A DNA stretch of 34,853 nucleotides from a virus (lineage: Duplodnaviria > Caudoviricetes), in IMG/VR virus record IMGVR_UViG_3300025070_000114, positions 1-34,853 of that record; one strand, written 5' to 3'. Shown here piece after piece: positions 32,985 through 34,853 of this stretch. Position numbers and translations under genes: made by a program. The notes under the pieces are model-generated. The model saw only the letters and a program-made list of their open reading frames with translations. It did no database searches and was not told where the DNA came from. Position 1 is the first letter of the stretch. The number at the start of each line of letters is the position of its first letter.

Positions 32985-34168
32985 GCCTAGTCGATTTTGC
33001 CAAGACCGAACGCCAACGCGAGATAATTGAGACTTGGGAGTTGGCAGGTAAAAACTCTGCTAGGGCTGCAACACAGCTTGGAATAAATCCGGGCAGTGTT
33101 CGCGATCATGTATGTATGGTTAGAGCTGCTGCATCGGCGGCGGGGTACTCAGAAAATTGGGATGCGCGAAGGCACGTTCCTGAAGGCGAGTATGTTGTTG
33201 GTCGGTCTATCTACACCACCAACGATGATGGCGAGAAGGCTTGGTTAAAGACTCGCAGGACAATGAAAGAGGCCGAGCGAGACAAAGCTCTACAGGCTTT
33301 CGTGGAGGGTTTAACTAAAGACCTTCCCAAAGCTAAGAAACAAGTTAAGCCCAAGGCCAAGAAATTTGACGCTGACTTGTTGCCTACCATTGTAATTGGT
33401 GACGCACACTTCGGCATGAGGGCTGACGCAAGAGAGACTAAAGAGAAGGACTACGACACTAAGATAGCCTCAGAGTCTATGCGAGATTCTATAGACTACT
33501 TAGTAGACCTAGCGCCTCCTTCTGAGAATGCTTTGTTAGTCAACGTGGGTGACTTTATCCACGCTAACGGCTCAGGTGGTACGACCTTTGGCGGTACTAA
33601 GCTAGACGTAGATACCCGTATTGAAGTAGTGCTAGACGTAGCAGCACAGACCTTTGTGTACTCTATCTCGAAGATGCTAGAGAAGCACAAGAAGGTAGCA
33701 GTCATTATGGCTCGCGGTAATCACGACTCCGACACTGCCATAGCCCTCGCGTTGATACTTAAGTATTACTACGACAAAGAGCCAAGGGTGGCAATACTAG
33801 ACCCTCACGGGTTCTTTCATACTTTGCAGTTTGGCAAGAACCTAATAGCAGTACACCACGGTGATAAGGTAAGAGCGCCTAAACTTGCGTCCCTGTTGCC
33901 TAAGATGCTTCCTGAGCAGTGGTCGTCCACTAACTACCGCAAGTGGCTAGTAGGACACATACACCATCAGACTCTGTTAGAGACAGACAATGGAGTTTTT
34001 GTAGAGTCATTCGCGACACTAGCTCCTCCTGACTCGTGGCATGCAGGAGCAGGGTACGGTGCTGCCTCAGCTATGCATCAAATTGTCTTCCATAAAGAAG
34101 GCGGTGAAGCATTACGTCATATCTATCAGCTACGAAGCAGCCGCAAGGCTACTGATATAACTTTATAG
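32981..34168 (+). CDS. Calcineurin-like metallophosphoesterase with N-terminal HTH
   Basis: GDAHFG, VGDF, GNHD, HHGD, GHIHH motifs; AATQLGINPGSV HTH; TTG start after AGGAG. Confidence 0.85.
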   Translation: MSLVDFAKTERQREIIETWELAGKNSARAATQLGINPGSVRDHVCMVRAAASAAGYSENWDARRHVPEGEYVVGRSIYTTNDDGEKAWLKTRRTMKEAERDKALQAFVEGLTKDLPKAKKQVKPKAKKFDADLLPTIVIGDAHFGMRADARETKEKDYDTKIASESMRDSIDYLVDLAPPSENALLVNVGDFIHANGSGGTTFGGTKLDVDTRIEVVLDVAAQTFVYSISKMLEKHKKVAVIMARGNHDSDTAIALALILKYYYDKEPRVAILDPHGFFHTLQFGKNLIAVHHGDKVRAPKLASLLPKMLPEQWSSTNYRKWLVGHIHHQTLLETDNGVFVESFATLAPPDSWHAGAGYGAASAMHQIVFHKEGGEALRHIYQLRSSRKATDITL

Positions 34169-34175
34169 GTGCAGT

Positions 34176-34427
34176 ATGGAAGACCGACTCTCAAGAGTAG
34201 AAAAGAAAATAGACTCTCTACAGGAGGCAATCATTTCTCTAGCGCGAGTAGAAGAAAGGTTGGTTACGGTCTTCAACCGTCAGTCTAAGATCGAGTCGCA
34301 AGTAGACGCGATGGAGCAGAAGCTAGACTCCCTTGCGGAAAGCGTAGCTACTTCTATGGCTACCGAAAGAATTGTTTGGATACTAATTTCCGCAGGCATT
34401 GCGGCTTTCTTTGGATTTATGGAGTAA
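34176..34427 (+). CDS. Coiled-coil plus C-terminal TM protein (XhlA/holin-like)
   Basis: Heptad-rich N-terminal part, IVWILISAGIAAFFGF TM segment. Confidence 0.6.
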   Translation: MEDRLSRVEKKIDSLQEAIISLARVEERLVTVFNRQSKIESQVDAMEQKLDSLAESVATSMATERIVWILISAGIAAFFGFME

Positions 34428-34429
34428 CT

Positions 34430-34606
34430 ATGAAAAAGCTACTGATTGTCCCTATGTTGTTTCTTGCGTCTTGCTCGTCACTAGAAGTCATTGACGGGGC
34501 TGTAGAGAAGTATTGTGAATTGTCACCTACTCAGCGACTCGCTAACCGCGAAGCTATTGCTGATGTAGTCGCCCCTAACACTATTCAGATCGAGTGTGTT
34601 GAGTAA
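34430..34606 (+). CDS. Small lipoprotein
   Basis: GGAG RBS; MKKLLIVPMLFLASC with canonical lipobox; two further Cys. Confidence 0.8.
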   Translation: MKKLLIVPMLFLASCSSLEVIDGAVEKYCELSPTQRLANREAIADVVAPNTIQIECVE

Positions 34607-34853
34607 TGCATAAGGTCGCCGCAAAGCTGTCACTAGACGCTTACAAGGACGACATGGTTGGCGCTATTAAGGTAGAGAATAAGATGACCTCTACTGTGGC
34701 GTACGTTAAGTGTACGCCTGAGTGTGACTACGTTGTCTTTCGCGGCACTAACTCTTTAGGGGATTGGCTGTTTAATCTGTCTGCCTTCCCCGCGTACTAC
34801 AACAGGCGATGGACGCATGGTGGCTTTGCTCTAGCACACAAGTCTGTATGGAA
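34606..34853 (+). CDS. Class 3 lipase, 5' part (continues at base 151 on circularisation)
   Basis: TAATG-coupled start; MHKVAAKLSLDAY...YVVFRGTNSLGDW...HGGF, in frame with 2-595. Confidence 0.88.
   Translation, partial: MHKVAAKLSLDAYKDDMVGAIKVENKMTSTVAYVKCTPECDYVVFRGTNSLGDWLFNLSAFPAYYNRRWTHGGFALAHKSVW
34704..34853 (+). repeat. Terminal direct repeat, right copy
   Basis: Matches 1-150 except at 34830, 34833 and 34836. Confidence 0.97.

Overview
This window is an essentially complete, circularly permuted genome of a ~34.7 kb tailed dsDNA phage, most likely a podovirus. Bases 1-150 repeat at 34704-34853. The + strand arm runs from 20805 through the junction to 10548. It carries TerS, a lysozyme, TerL, portal, scaffold, capsid, tail fibres and chaperone, a metallophosphoesterase, a membrane/lipoprotein/lipase cluster, a collagen-like protein, tail adaptor/nozzle proteins and three probable ejection proteins. 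The - strand arm (20241 to 10545) holds small early genes, an HTH/sigma70-region-4 fusion, a lambda-O-like initiator with an internal iteron origin, a DnaB-family helicase, ERF, a YqaJ exonuclease, an SSB-like protein, NinB/NinG-like, MazG-like and DUF3310 genes. I recognise no DNA polymerase, RNA polymerase, integrase or cleavable CI repressor. Two observations stand out. (1) The early operon appears wired to host regulators: a sigma54 -24/-12 promoter, a phased array of TGTTAC boxes resembling CbrB-type enhancer subsites, an IHF-like site, and a recA-style sigma70 promoter with a canonical LexA box in its spacer. This points to a gamma- or betaproteobacterial host. (2) A class-3 lipase, split by the contig ends and so only partly shown in the ORF track, lies between two small lipoproteins next to a holin/XhlA-like gene, a candidate non-canonical outer-membrane lysis module. 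All calls come from motif recognition by eye; no database searches were run.
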